Origin: Macrostomum lignano
Lineage: Eukaryota
Reading direction: 5' to 3'
NCBI GenBank assembly: GCA_002269645.1
Contig: NIVC01001169.1
Coordinates: 1-53,567 of the forward strand
DNA: 53,567 nt
Shown: positions 34,000-46,181 of the stretch, in pieces
Layout of the letters: each line of letters begins with the position of its first letter
How positions within the stretch are numbered: position 1 is the stretch's first letter
Made by a program: the position numbers and the translations under genes
Notes under the pieces: model-generated
Databases searched by the model: none
What the model saw: the letters and a program-made list of their open reading frames with translations, nothing else
What the model was told of the DNA's origin: nothing

Positions 34000-36966
34000 T
34001 TAAGCATCGGATTCGTTGGGAACGGCGGCTTGTTGCTGCTTTTGCTGCTTCTGTTGCTTTTCGAGTTCAAACAGTCTGCGCCGCAATTGGCTTCTAGTGA
34101 TGTCGAATGTTAATCGAATCTCTTTGGCTCGCTGTTCCTCTTCTAGGCTTAGAATGAGTAGGAAATTGTTCAACTCCGGTATGGTGAACGCGTGCCACTG
34201 CGGACAGGGGTTGGGTTTTTAATATCGATGAAGCATAACTTTTTTAAATATGTGGGGTGAGACGGAGAGAGGGGTGACGGAGAGACGGAGAGACGGGGAG
34301 ACAAGGGGAGACGGAGAGACGGGGAGACAAGGGGAGACGGAGAGAGGGGGAGATGGAGAGAGGGGGAGACAAGAGGAGATGGAGAGAGAGGGAGACGGGG
34401 AGAGGGGGAGACGGGGAGAGGGGAGACGGGGAGAGGGGAGACGGGGAGGGGGAGACGGAGAGAGGGGGAGACGAAGAGAGGGGGAGACGCGGAGAGGGGA
34501 GACGGAGAGAGGGGGAGACGAAGAGAGGGGGAGACGGGGAGAGGGGAGACGGGGAGAGAGGAGACGGGGAGGGGGAGACGGAGAGAGGGGGAGACGCGGA
34601 GAGGGGAGACGGAGAGAGAGGAGACGGGGAGGGGGAGACGGAGAGAGAGGAGACGGGGAGAGAGGAGACGGGGAGAGAGGAGACGGGGAGGGGGAGACGG
34701 AGAGAGGGGGAGACGGGGAGAGGGGGAGACGGGGAGAGGGGGAGACGGAGAGAGGGGGAGACGGGGAGAGAGGAGACGGGGAGGGGGAGACGGAGAGAGG
34801 GGGAGACGCGGAGAGGGGAGACGGAGAGAGGGGGAGACGGAGAGAGGGGGAGACGGGGAGAGGGGGAGACGGGGAGAGGGGAGACGGGGAGGGGGAGACG
34901 GAGAGAGGGGGAGACGAAGAGAGGGGGAGACGCGGAGAGGGGAGACGGAGAGAGGGGGAGACGAAGAGAGGGGGAGACGGGGAGAGGGGAGACGGGGAGA
35001 GAGGAGACGGGAGGGGGAGACGGAGAGAGGGGAGACGCGGAGAGGGGAGACGGAGAGAGAGGAGACGGGGAGGGGGAGACGGAGAGAGAGGAGACGGGGA
35101 GAGAGGAGACGGGGAGGGGGAGACGGGGAGAGAGGAGACGGGGAGTGGGAGACGGAGAGAGGGGGAGACGGGGAGAGGGGGAGACGGGGAGAGGGGGAGA
35201 CGGGGAGAGGGGGAGACGGGGAGAGAGGAGACGGGGAGGGGGAGACGGAGAGAGGGGGAGACGCGGAGAGGGGAGACGGAGAGAGGGGGAGACGGAGAGA
35301 GGGGGAGACGGGGAGAGGGGAGACGGGGAGACAAGGGGAGACGGAGAGAGGGGGAGACGGAGAGATGGAGAGAGGGGAGACGGGAGAGGGGAGATGGGGA
35401 GAGGGGACGGAGAGAGAGAGGAAGAAGGGAGAGCCAATCCAAGCAACCAGGCAGACAAGAGAAAGCCAATCGCTAAGCGAAGCCGCTCACATCCACAGTC
35501 GAGGACTCGTTCTCTTGTAAAATAAATTTTCGTCTCTCGAAAGCCAACTGCATCTCGGCTGGCGGCAGGGTGGTCCAGGACAGCAGAATCTCTAGCGGTC
35601 TCTCGTGCTGCATCAGTTTCCGAACGATCACTGCGCGAATGAAATCAAGCGAGAAAGAAAGACCGTTCTGAGAGCTGCGAAAACTTTAGTAAAACGGATT
35701 TTAAATACCCTAGCAACAATCACTGAACAACCTAGCAACCATTACTAAATATACCCTAGCAACCATCACTAAATACCCTAGCAACCATCACTAAATACCC
35801 TAGCAACCATCACTAAATACCCTAGCAACAATCACTAAATACCCCAGCAACATTCACTAAATACCCTAGCAACCATCACTAAATACCCTAGCAACAATTA
35901 TTTAATTCCATAGCAACATTCACTAAATACCCTAGCAACCATTACTAAATACCCTAGCAACAATCACTAAATTCCCTAGCAACAATCACCAAAATCACTC
36001 AAATACCCTAGCAACAATCACTAAATACCCTAGAAACAATCGCCAAATACCCTAGCAACAATCACTAAATACCCTAGCAACAATCGCCAAATACCCTAGC
36101 AACAATCACTAAATTCCCTAGCAATAATCACCAAAATCACTCAAATACCCTAGCAACAATCACTAAATACCCTAGCAACAATCACCAAAATCACTCAAAT
36201 ACCCTAGCAACAATAACTAAATTCCCTAGCAACAATCACCAAAATCACTCAAATACCCTAGCAACCATCACTAAATACCCTAGCAACCATGACTAAACAC
36301 CCTAGCAACAATCCCTAAGCCAATCTCACCAGTCCGATCGCCCCTAATCTCGTGCTCAAACAAGGCAAACTTATGCGGCGGGTCTCTAATCCTGTGCTTG
36401 GCTAGCAGCAGCGAGACGACCCGATCGGCCGTGTCCCGGCTGTCCAAGTCGTGCAGCAGGGTGGCGTTGCCCCTAGGCAGGAAGAACGCCGCCGACGGCT
36501 GCTCAGCTCTGACTGGCCGCATGAGGTTCACGTGCACCCTGAGGGAGCCGCGAAATTGCGGCGCATTATCATCTTTGTCGTCGTCAGTAACGGCGGCAGC
36601 CGACGTAGAGGTTAAAGAGCGAACGGGGCGGAACTCCTGGCCTGGCAAGGGGATTCGGGTGGGGGGGGGGGGTATGGTGACCAAGTTGTTTATAGTTTAG
36701 CTTGTCCTCTCTTCTAGCTTCTTTTCTGCAAACAGTGACTGTGTTCTCTGGGTTTTTCAAATACACCCGGGGCCATCGGTCATTGTCAGCTGGGGGAGTT
36801 GGGTGGCTTATGTTTATGAGTGTCATGGCTACCCATCCATCCATCTAACTGCAGACATGTGCATGTATATATCCACCTGTCTGTCTGTTTGTCTGTCTGT
36901 CTATCTATCCATCCATCTATCTCCCCGTCTATCTATCTATCTATCTATCTATCCATCTATCTACTA

Positions 36967-37030
<64 letters not shown>

Positions 37031-40000
37031 ATCTATCTAAATCCAAAGCCCAGTCTACCGGGCAGCCTGGCTGTCAGCTCGCTGAGATGCCGCCGAAGCC
37101 TCTCGGCCGTCCAGTCGCAGTAAAAGCTCCTGGCCTCGCTGACGCTAGCAATCGCTGCTTTGTCGGAGTCGCCGCTGTCGTCGTTACCAGCGGCGTCTCC
37201 GCCGGCACCATCAGCCGAAGAGCCGGACTCCAGCACCCGGATGCCGGCGTGAGCCAACGAGGCTGTGTCCAGACTGCTCAAGCTGTAGGCCGCCTCCGAG
37301 GACAGCAGGCTGGCGAATCGGCATTCGCAAGCGTCGGCGTCGACCTGACGTCGGCGACAATGAATCGGCGAATCAGGCGGCGACGGCGGCGCTGGCAAAG
37401 ACGACATCGGGGAGGTGAGCATGGAGGACATGACGTCAGTAGACGCCGTGCTATAGTTGTCGCCACCATCGCTAGATTCAGGGGATGAGAACTCATCCTC
37501 ATCTTGATCGACATCGCAGCCGTCGCCCTCTATCTGGCCAAGGCTGCAGTCGCCGCCGGGCGACATCAGCAGACTGTTCTGACCGCTGAGCAGGGTATCC
37601 GCGCTGGACGTTCGAGTGCGTCGTTGACGGCGGCCGCCACCGCGCCTGCTGCGCCGTTTCTGACCTTCGGCGTCCTCCGAAGCGGCCGCCGCCGCCGCCA
37701 GCTGCTGCGGCTGCTGCTGACCTCGAAGTCGGGGCGTGTAGGCCACGGCCTCCTGGTCCGCCAGGGTGGACGCGACAGAAGAGGAGCCGAGAGCCTGTTG
37801 TCGATAAAATAGAGGCATAATTCAAAACCGAGTCCCGATCTCTCAGATCCCTAATCACTGCTTTGAGTCCCGATCTCAAAGATTCCTAATCACTGCTTTG
37901 AGTCCCGATCTCTCAGATCCCTAATCACTGCTTTGAGTCCCGATCTCAAAGATTCCTAATCACTGCTTTGAGTCCCGATCTCAAAGATCCCTAATCACTA
38001 CTTTGAGTCCCGATCTCACAGATCCCTAATCACTGCTTTGAGTCCCGATCTCAAAGATCCCTAATCACTGCTTTGGGTTCCTATCTCAAAGATCCCTAAT
38101 CACTGCTTTGAGTCCCGATCTCTCAGATCCCTAATCACTACTTTGAGTCCCGATCTCAAAGATCCCTATCACTGCTTTGGGTTCCTATCTCAAAGATCCC
38201 TAATCACTGCTTTGAGTCCCGATCTCTCAGATCCCTAATCACTGCTTTGAGTCCCGATCTCAAAGATCCCTAATCACTACTTTGAGTCCCGATCTCAAAG
38301 ATCCCTAATCACTGCTTTGGGTTCCTATCTCAAAGATCCCTAATCACTGCTTTGAGTCCCGATCTCTCAGATCCCTAATCACTGCTTTGAGTCCCGATCT
38401 CAAAGATTCCTAATCACTGCTTTGAGTCCCGATCTCAAAGATCCCTAATCACTGCTTTGAGTCCCGATCTCACAGATCCCTAATCACTGCTTTGGGTTCC
38501 TATCTCAAAGATCCCTAATCACTGCTTTGAGTCCCGATCCCATCTCACCATCCACAGGTCGGACTTGGCAGTTTCGAAGACGTCAAACGGGGACAGGTCG
38601 CCGTCATTGTTGCCGTTGCTGGTGTCGCGAGTAAACGGCGAAGGACGCCGGCACGAGAGGCAGAGCCGCTCCGAACAGATCGTGTGGCATGTGGTGCAGC
38701 AGTATTCGCACCTGCGTGGAAGGTTAATGTTCCAAGCATTAGGTTAGGTAGGAATTGGCACTATGCAGTTTTGATAAATGCAGAATATTATAACAGATAA
38801 AAGAATAAATAAAGAGAAGATAGCAGTAATAGAAAACAAAGGATAGACAGCAAAGGCAGATAGACAGCAGAGGAAAGGCAGATAGACAGCAGAGGAAAAG
38901 CAGATAGCAGAGGAAAGGCAAATAGACAGCAGGGGAAAGGCAGATTGACAGCAGAGGAAAGGCAGATAGACAGCAGAGGAAAGGCGGATAGACAGCAGAG
39001 AAAAGGCAGATTGACAGCAGAGGAAAGGCAGATAGACAGCAGAGGAAAGGCGGATAGACAGCAGAGGAAGGGCAGATAGACAGCAGAGGAAAGGCATATA
39101 GACAGCAGAGGAAAGGGAGATAGACAGCAGAGGAAAGGCAGATAAATAGCAGGGGAAAGGCAGATAGACAGCAGAGGAAAGGCAGATAGACAGCAGAGGA
39201 AAGGCAGATAGCAGAGGAAAGGCAGATAAATAGCAGAGGAAAGGCAGATAGACAGCAGAGGAAAGGCAGATAGACAGCAGAGGAAAGGGAGATAGACAGC
39301 AGAGGAAAGGCAGATAAATAGCAGGGGAAAGGCAGATAGACAGCAGAGGAAAGGCAGATAGACAGCAGAGGAAAGGCAGATAGCAGAGGAAAGGCAGATA
39401 AATAGCAGAGGAAAGGCAGATAGACAGCAGAGGAAAGGCAGATAGACAGCAGGGGAAAGGCAGATAGACAGCAGAGGAAAGGCGGATAGACAGCAGAGGA
39501 AAGGCAGATAGACAGCAGAGAAAAGGCAGATAGACAGCAGAGGAAAGGCAGATAGACAGCAGAGGAAAGGCAGATAGACAGCAGAGGAAAGGCAGATAGA
39601 CAGCAGAGAAAAGGCAGATTGACAGCAGAGGAAAGGCAGATAGACAGCAGAGGAAAGGCGGATAGACAGCAGAGGAAGGGCAGATAGACAGCAGAGGAAA
39701 GGCATATAGACAGCAGAGGAAAGGGAGATAGACAGCAGAGGAAAGGCAGATAAATAGCAGGGGAAAGGCAGATAGACAGCAGAGGAAAGGCAGATAGACA
39801 GCAGAGGAAAGGCAGATAGCAGAGGAAAGGCAGATAAATAGCAGAGGAAAGGCAGATAGACAGCAGAGGAAAGGCAGATAGACAGCAGAGGAAAGGGAGA
39901 TAGACAGCAGAGGAAAGGCAGATAAATAGCAGGGGAAAGGCAGATAGACAGCAGAGGAAAGGCAGATAGACAGCAGAGGAAAGGCAGATAGCAGAGGAAA

Positions 40001-40982
40001 GGCAGATAAATAGCAGAGGAAAGGCAGATAGACAGCAGAGGAAAGGCAGATAGACAGCAGGGGAAAGGCAGATAGACAGCAGAGGAAAGGCGGATAGACA
40101 GCAGAGGAAAGGCAGATAGACAGCAGAGAAAAGGCAGATAGACAGCAGAGGAAAGGCAGATAGACAGCAGGGGAAAGGCAGATAGACAGCAGAGGAAAGG
40201 CAGATAGACAGCAGAGGAAAGGCAGATAGACAGCAGAGGAAAGGCAGATAGCAGAGGAAAGGCAGATAAATAGCAGAGGAAAGGCAGATAGACAGCAGAG
40301 TAAAGGCAGATAGACAGTAGAGGAAAGGCAGATAGACAGCAGGGGAAAGGCAGATAGACAGCAGAGAAAAGGCAGATAGACAGCAGGGGGAAGGCAGATA
40401 GACAGCAGAGGAAAGGCAGATAGACAGCAGGGGAAAGGCAGATAGACAGCAGAGGAAGGGCAGACAGCATAGGAAGGGCAGAGAGCATACGAAGGGCAGA
40501 CAGCATAGGAAGGGCAGACAGCATAGGAATTACCGATGCACCAATCCAAAGAGCGCCTGTCCGCAGAAATCGCAGTAAGTTGGCTGCTCCAAGCTGACTA
40601 ATACAAACCGATGACCCCAACGAGAGTTGAGCACCTGGCGAGGCTTAGCTGCGGCCACAGCCGAGGACAGGCTACGCAGTTCGACAATATCTGATAGACC
40701 CCGGTCCATTGTGCCGTGGCTGGACACTGTCCAACAGTGGGGAAGTGTATTTGGATCGCTTCTCTGTTGCTGCTGCAGGTGCTCAAAGTGAGCAAGGCCT
40801 TCGTGCACGCTTTGACTTGGACTGCAGGGACTCATTAGGCCTGCGGCATTAGCCGACGTGGACATGCGGCTTGGCCGGACAGACTTGCTGGTTGCTATGC
40901 TGGCAGACTGGACATTGGGGTCTGCACTGGTGCCACTGCCAGACCAATAGTTTTCAAATTGATTGAACATTTTTTTAAACAT
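34000..40982 (-). CDS. RASSF: Ras association domain family protein, C1-RA-SARAH type (RASSF1/RASSF5-like), about 665 aa
   Basis: Exons 40982-40534, 38711-38549, 37794-37059, 36641-36330, 35630-35491 and 34197-34000 are phase-compatible. C1 domain HRF...PTYCDFC...C.YC...CH..C...C; RA domain FRGSLRVHVNLMRPV...FFLP...KFALFE...RKL...ERPL; SARAH domain ENES..VDWHAFTIPELNNFLLILSLEEEQ. The exon 3 donor (GTAGAC) is weak and the start codon is tentative. Confidence 0.88.
34255..35420. repeat. Purine-rich (GGA/GAGAC) low-complexity repeat in RASSF intron 5
   Basis: About 1.15 kb of ggggagagggggagac-type units that are almost entirely G/A on the + strand. Confidence 0.95.
35700..36320. repeat. 22-bp minisatellite in RASSF intron 4
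   Basis: aaataccctagcaacaatcact with some longer variant units. Confidence 0.95.
36830..37040. repeat. (TCTA/TCTG/TCCA)n microsatellite in RASSF intron 3
   Basis: Tetranucleotide runs are directly visible. Confidence 0.95.
37829..38540. repeat. 35-bp minisatellite in RASSF intron 2
   Basis: gagtcccgatctcaaagatccctaatcactgcttt, about 20 copies. Confidence 0.95.
38845..40530. repeat. 22-bp minisatellite in RASSF intron 1
   Basis: aggcagatagacagcagaggaa with 18-nt deletion variants and visible higher-order repetition. Confidence 0.95.
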
Positions 40983-42189
40983 TTTTGAATATTTTCTGCT
41001 GGAGTTTTTGTTCGTTGGAGTGCTATGTCAATGTGCCCAATTTTATTCTTGTTTTTATAGATGCAAAGAAAATGCACAGATTACTCGTACGTGCCACCAA
41101 GGGGAAATTATAGAATGGAAATACAATAAGAGAGTATAAATACTAGAGTTGAAATGTCTAGTAGCCATATATATTTGGTATTGATTAGCTAGAGCTAAAG
41201 ATCTTATGACTAACACAAATTCTCCCACAAAAATAGTAATTATCTATATTACATGCCTCTGCCTTTTCTTAGTGTCCTTCTATTAGGCACCAATCTAAAA
41301 TTTTTTTGGGGCAAGACAAGCTATACCAAGCACTATAGCCCAAAAATTTTTTGGCCATGGCCCCCCTCTAGATCTATCCCTTGCCTTTTATATACTATTT
41401 ATCTTTATTTTTATATTGCCATAGATACTATATAAGTAGATAGGTCATTCCCCATCTTACAGAGGGTTAAAAAACAATACTACTCTTAGGATAGTAGTGT
41501 AAATGCAAACTATAAGAAACATAATTGTTAGTGATTAAAATTAACTTGATAAGAAATGAAGTTTTCAATCATTTAAACAATGTATATTCCTGACTTTAAG
41601 CTAGGTTTTTGTGCCTAAATTTCCACTAAATGCTTTCTTTTTCAACCTTATTGCTAGCTTATAGCAGTTTGAATGGGGGGAGAGGGTGAAGGGGTGGAGG
41701 CTGAGGGCTGTACAAGCCATCTAGCTAAGCAGAACTTTTTTCACTACCTTGACTTTAGTAAAATCCAACCAACAAAGCCACACAGAAAGGGGATAAAAGG
41801 GTGGTAAAAGGGTTAAGGAGGCTATATAAACCATAATATACACACTATGCAGTCTATGAACCAATCTCAATATAAGTATAGTGTTTGTCTTTGTTTGCTT
41901 TAAGAGCATTTGGTAAAGCCTAGTTTCTTGTCTACACGGATCATGCATTTAATTTTTCTAGTATGATTTGCAATCATATATATAATCAAATAGTTTTCAT
42001 AGGCTATGGTCATGCAAAATTCTATATTCAGCTCAAAGATTATACGGCCACTTGCACAAATAGCTCAAACTGTCAAGCATACACTTGCATTAGCAATACT
42101 AGAAGTCTAGTGCAATGCATAGATTCTTGGCAGATGAAGTGGTGGTTACTCAATGGATGATAGAAAGGATTTCTGGAGCTAGATTTAGA

Positions 42190-42830
42190 GCTTACAGGCT
42201 ATAGCAATTCAAAAGTGCAATTTGAAAGTATGCAATGCACATTTCAACAAGTTGACCTGCATTGTGGCATGAGGTATCTATTTAACAACTGATGCAAATA
42301 TGGCTGCAGTGCAGGCATTGATCCCCATAGATCCACAATCAATAGTGCAATAGTTATCCAATGCTATTGACATTTCATTGGGAAGTATGTTGAGCATTTT
42401 GCATGAAAAGCTCAAGCTAAGTAAGGTGTTTGCGTGCTAAGTGCCTCATTACCTGACTGAGGCATAAAAGCAAGCTGAGGCTCATTGGTATCAAGCCCAG
42501 CTAGATATATTTGATAAAGGCAGGTCAACAAGCACCTGGGAGGTCATCAGTGGAGACAAGATTTGGGTGCACAGCTTTGACCTTGAAAGTAAACAGCAGT
42601 CATTGCAATGGGTCCCTGTAAAAAGCAGAGCTGCCTTTAAAATTGGTCTAGTCACAAAGCAACACTAAGCAGTAATGGCTATTGTTGTGGCTCATAGCAG
42701 TCTAGTCATAGATAGGACCTATTCTACTAGAAACATAGCAATGATTGCCAACTAGTATGTGACAATGTATCTTCTTCAGGTGCTATAAGCTATTGCTAGA
42801 AGATGTCTAAGATGCAACTCTTAAAGGAGC
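42190..42830 (+). pseudogene. Decayed mariner-type transposase
   Basis: One frame reads ...ISLGSMLSILHEKLKLSKVFAC*VPHYLTEA*K...VISGDKIWVHSFDLESKQQSLQW...*YVTMYLLQVL*AIARR. This corresponds to mariner ARWVPH.LT and TGDETW motifs and contains several stops. Confidence 0.85.
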
Positions 42831-44749
42831 TTTTAAGAAGGGAAAAGCTCCTATATTATAAGGATAATTCCTTAGCCTTTAGCTTATACAATACCAGTAT
42901 AAATATATGAAAGTAGAATTTGATATATTATTATATATTATATTATTTATTTTATTTTTAAAATCAAAAATCAAATTATATATAATTTGAAATTATATAA
43001 TAATAATATCAAATTATGGCCTTGGCCTTGCTATCAAAAAACTAGGCCTACTTTATAGAAATTTGCAAAATTGATTCTTTATTTTGGCTATTTTTATTAG
43101 GCTACTAATAGCTAGTCCTAAGAGTAGTATAACTAAGAGTAAATTAACTAAGTGAACTATCTAGTTATATAGTATCTGTCTTATATCCAATAAGAATTTT
43201 AAATTTTAACCATGTTGGTTTTGTTTCGCATAGAGATGCCTAACTGCAGTACCCCTGTGACACCTGTCTCTGCCTAACTGAAAGCTTATAATGAGTTAGT
43301 AGGCTAGGTTGGAGGGTAATAGTCAATCAGGAAGGGCTGTGGGTAGCTGTATAGGAAGGCAGGCCTATACTTGTTCCAGTTGATGCTCTGATGATCTGTC
43401 TCCCTTGGAGTGTCCTTTGAGCAAACAGCCAGCAACTCTATTAAAGCTGGAATGTGCCAGAACCAGGACTGAGTCTAACTAGGACGGGGCCATTGGCATG
43501 GCCTTATAAAAATAGTGGGTTGGCGAAGCAAAGGGTGAAATAGTCCCAGCGATTAGCCTTCTTGCCGCTTCAAAGATAAGAGACTGTCTGGCAAAAGTAG
43601 GCCTACCCAGGGTTTAGTAGGTGGGGAGGCACCTTTGGGTTGCCATGGCTATGGGGGCGGTCTTATGACTGTTTTTTTTGCATTTCTAACCTTGGAGAAG
43701 GCACAGGCTTCCCTGAATGGTTCACTCAACCCTCTCTGGCCCTAGGGAGGTTTTGATTTGAGCTTGGAGTAGGCTTAATGCCCTGAAAGCAAGGGGTAGG
43801 GCCCACCTTTTGCCCAACTAGTGTTGCCTGCTTAGCTTATTGGCCACAGTCACTCTTTCTAGCTTAGAAACCTTGTGTACATTTGTACACTCCCAATCTA
43901 GAACCCAATTATTTCTAGTAACATAAGAGCCTTTTAATGGCTGAGGTGCCAGATTTATTTAGTTAGTTAGTTAGTTAAATTTTAACCATGTTAGACCTTA
44001 ATTTAAGGTTAAGGTCAAAGCATTTAAGGTTACTTAGGCACTTACTATGGTTACACGTTACTTATTTAGTAAGTAAGTTAGTTATTGCATAGTCAATAAT
44101 TCAATAAATAGGCCTATTTAGCAATTTCAATTAGATAGCCAAGATAGGGTATAGGCTAGTTTTGAATAAGCTAAGGGCAAGCCAAGGGCAGGGGCATAGG
44201 ACTATAACCCAAGGGCAAGGGCATAGGCCTTTGAAATAACAGGCTTAGTGTCAGAATTTAGGAATAGGACTAGGGCCTATTAGGCCCAATATTTGCAAAT
44301 TTGTATTCCCTACTGTAAGTGTAGGTGCTGACCAATTTGGCAACAAACAAAAATTTGGCATTAGAGATTTAGATTCACCATGGACATGGACAAATTTGGC
44401 AACAATCTAGTAACTAGGCCTAGGCTTAGTCAAATCTGGCAACAATGAAGGAAGAACAATTGTGTATACTAGTGTATGTATACAGTATAGGCACTAATTA
44501 TTTCAGTACAACACAAATGGTATTAGGCCTAGTCAGACGAAATTTCCATTTTAATCAAGTTTACTTTAGGCCTACTGGCCTATCCATTATTTCTGATGTG
44601 CATCTGCATGCTTCCTAAATAAATGTGCTTCTCAAGGTCAAGATATGCTTTGTTTATTCTCAAAGAAACGCAATATCCAATATATTTCAATTCGATCGAA
44701 AGCATTTTATTCTATCAGAGGTCATTCATTAGCTTTCTAGAATTTTTTT

Positions 44750-45700
44750 AAGAAAACCTTAAATTTTATTTGCTTTAACTTTGGCTATATCGAAGACTTA
44801 TCGCCTAATTTGCTTGCTTTCGCGTTTCGACGAATTTGTCCATGTTAAATTTCTGTCGCTAAAACTTGCGTTGTGTGACGTTGTCAGTTTAAGGTGGTCC
44901 CGAAAAGGGCCGTTGGACTACTGTTTCTCCATAGTTTCAACCCTTCAGTTTCACCGTTTCAACTAAACTTTTCCATTCGTTTATTGCGACGTTTACTTGT
45001 AGTAATGCCCAACGATTTTGTGGCAATTTCTAATTCACTGTATATTTTGCTATCCTCTCTCGCGACCGTATAAAATTGGCACGATCGATAATTTTAAGTT
45101 CTCTCGCCAGCCAATGAAATCACTCGTGCTCGCGCTACCCCCCTCTGCGCTCTTTTATTAAACCCCCCGCCTGGCGGCGGGCACTCCACACTCCTCTCGC
45201 TCTCTTGGTTTTCTTCCCTGCTGCCTCTTAGCTGTCTTATCTGTTTGTCTGGCTGCCTCGAGCCTCCTTATTTCTCACCACGGCCCCTCTGCCTGGGCCA
45301 GCCTGCTCACACACTTACTTGACTGTCTCACGCCACGACCGACGCCAAACTCGCCACTACGTTTCACTGCCTTCACTGTGCTCATAGCCACTGCTCACGT
45401 CACGTCGCCATTGTGTCATTCGCCTGCCACTTGACTTCATATCCAAATTATATTCAACCCATTGTTGCAGCCGCCAGTGCCCAGAAAGCTATAGTCTGTT
45501 TATTGCCAGTAACAACCAAACTTAATACTGATATTAACAATAAAGACAACTACGGCAGTTCCTGCCTTTATCGCCAAGTGCTCCGCTACACCATCCACTT
45601 CGCCTAAGTTGACTTCAACTTATTTTGGGACTAAAACGGCCCTTTTAAGGGTCACGGCCAACGTCAAATAACGTGACAGTTGCATCCCCTGCTGCATCAA
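44750..45700. promoter_or_regulatory. CpG-rich segment between divergently oriented RASSF and EXOC2 (candidate promoter region)
   Basis: Abrupt change from near-absent CpG to dense CpG, with CCAAT at about 45111. No TSS evidence. Confidence 0.4.
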
Positions 45701-46001
45701 TGTTATTTGGGTTAACTAATAACTGGCAGCAGTCGATACATCGACGGTCGGTGAAGACTAGTAGTTTACAAGCATACAAATATTAGAGATTTAGTATATT
45801 TAGATTGACGTTTCAGAAGATTGCAATTGCGAAAGACTTTTGTTTACCATGTCTTAGAAAACGTGTTTTTGAAAAACGACATAAATAAATTGTCGTAAAA
45901 TAGTGAACCACAAAGACCCAAGGGCAAGGCCCTACATGTTTAAAATTTTACAAATTATGAGAGCAAATAATCGTTGTAGTTTAGTTTCCAGCAGCTGTAA
46001 A

Positions 46002-46181
46002 CAATGGCGTAGGGAGGGGGGGGAAGTATCCCCCCCCGAACAGCCGGCAAAAATTTTTTTTGAAGTCCGTTTTTCTAGTATATGATGTAGATTGTAGATG
46101 TCACCTGTGAAAGTAATTTAGCATTGGGTGTGTTATGGCGGCCTATCCCCCCCCCGAAGAAAATTTCTGGCTACGCGGTTG
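46002..46181. mobile_element. hAT-type MITE, 180 bp
   Basis: Imperfect TIRs caatggcgtag / ctacgcggttg and a perfect 8-bp TSD GCTGTAAA (45994-46001 and 46182-46189). Confidence 0.8.

Noticed and set aside
34219-35525. Four ~400-aa ORFs (ERGDGE / SPSPL repeats, many apparent RGD)
   Set aside because: The GA-rich intronic repeat has no T on one strand and so cannot contain stops.
35700-38540. Telomere-like CCCTAG/CCCTAA motifs in the minisatellites
   Set aside because: There is one hexamer per 22- or 35-bp unit, not (CCCTAA)n arrays.
38744-40620. ~600-aa hydrophobic Cys/Leu ORFs
   Set aside because: Translation of the 22-bp minisatellite in RASSF intron 1.
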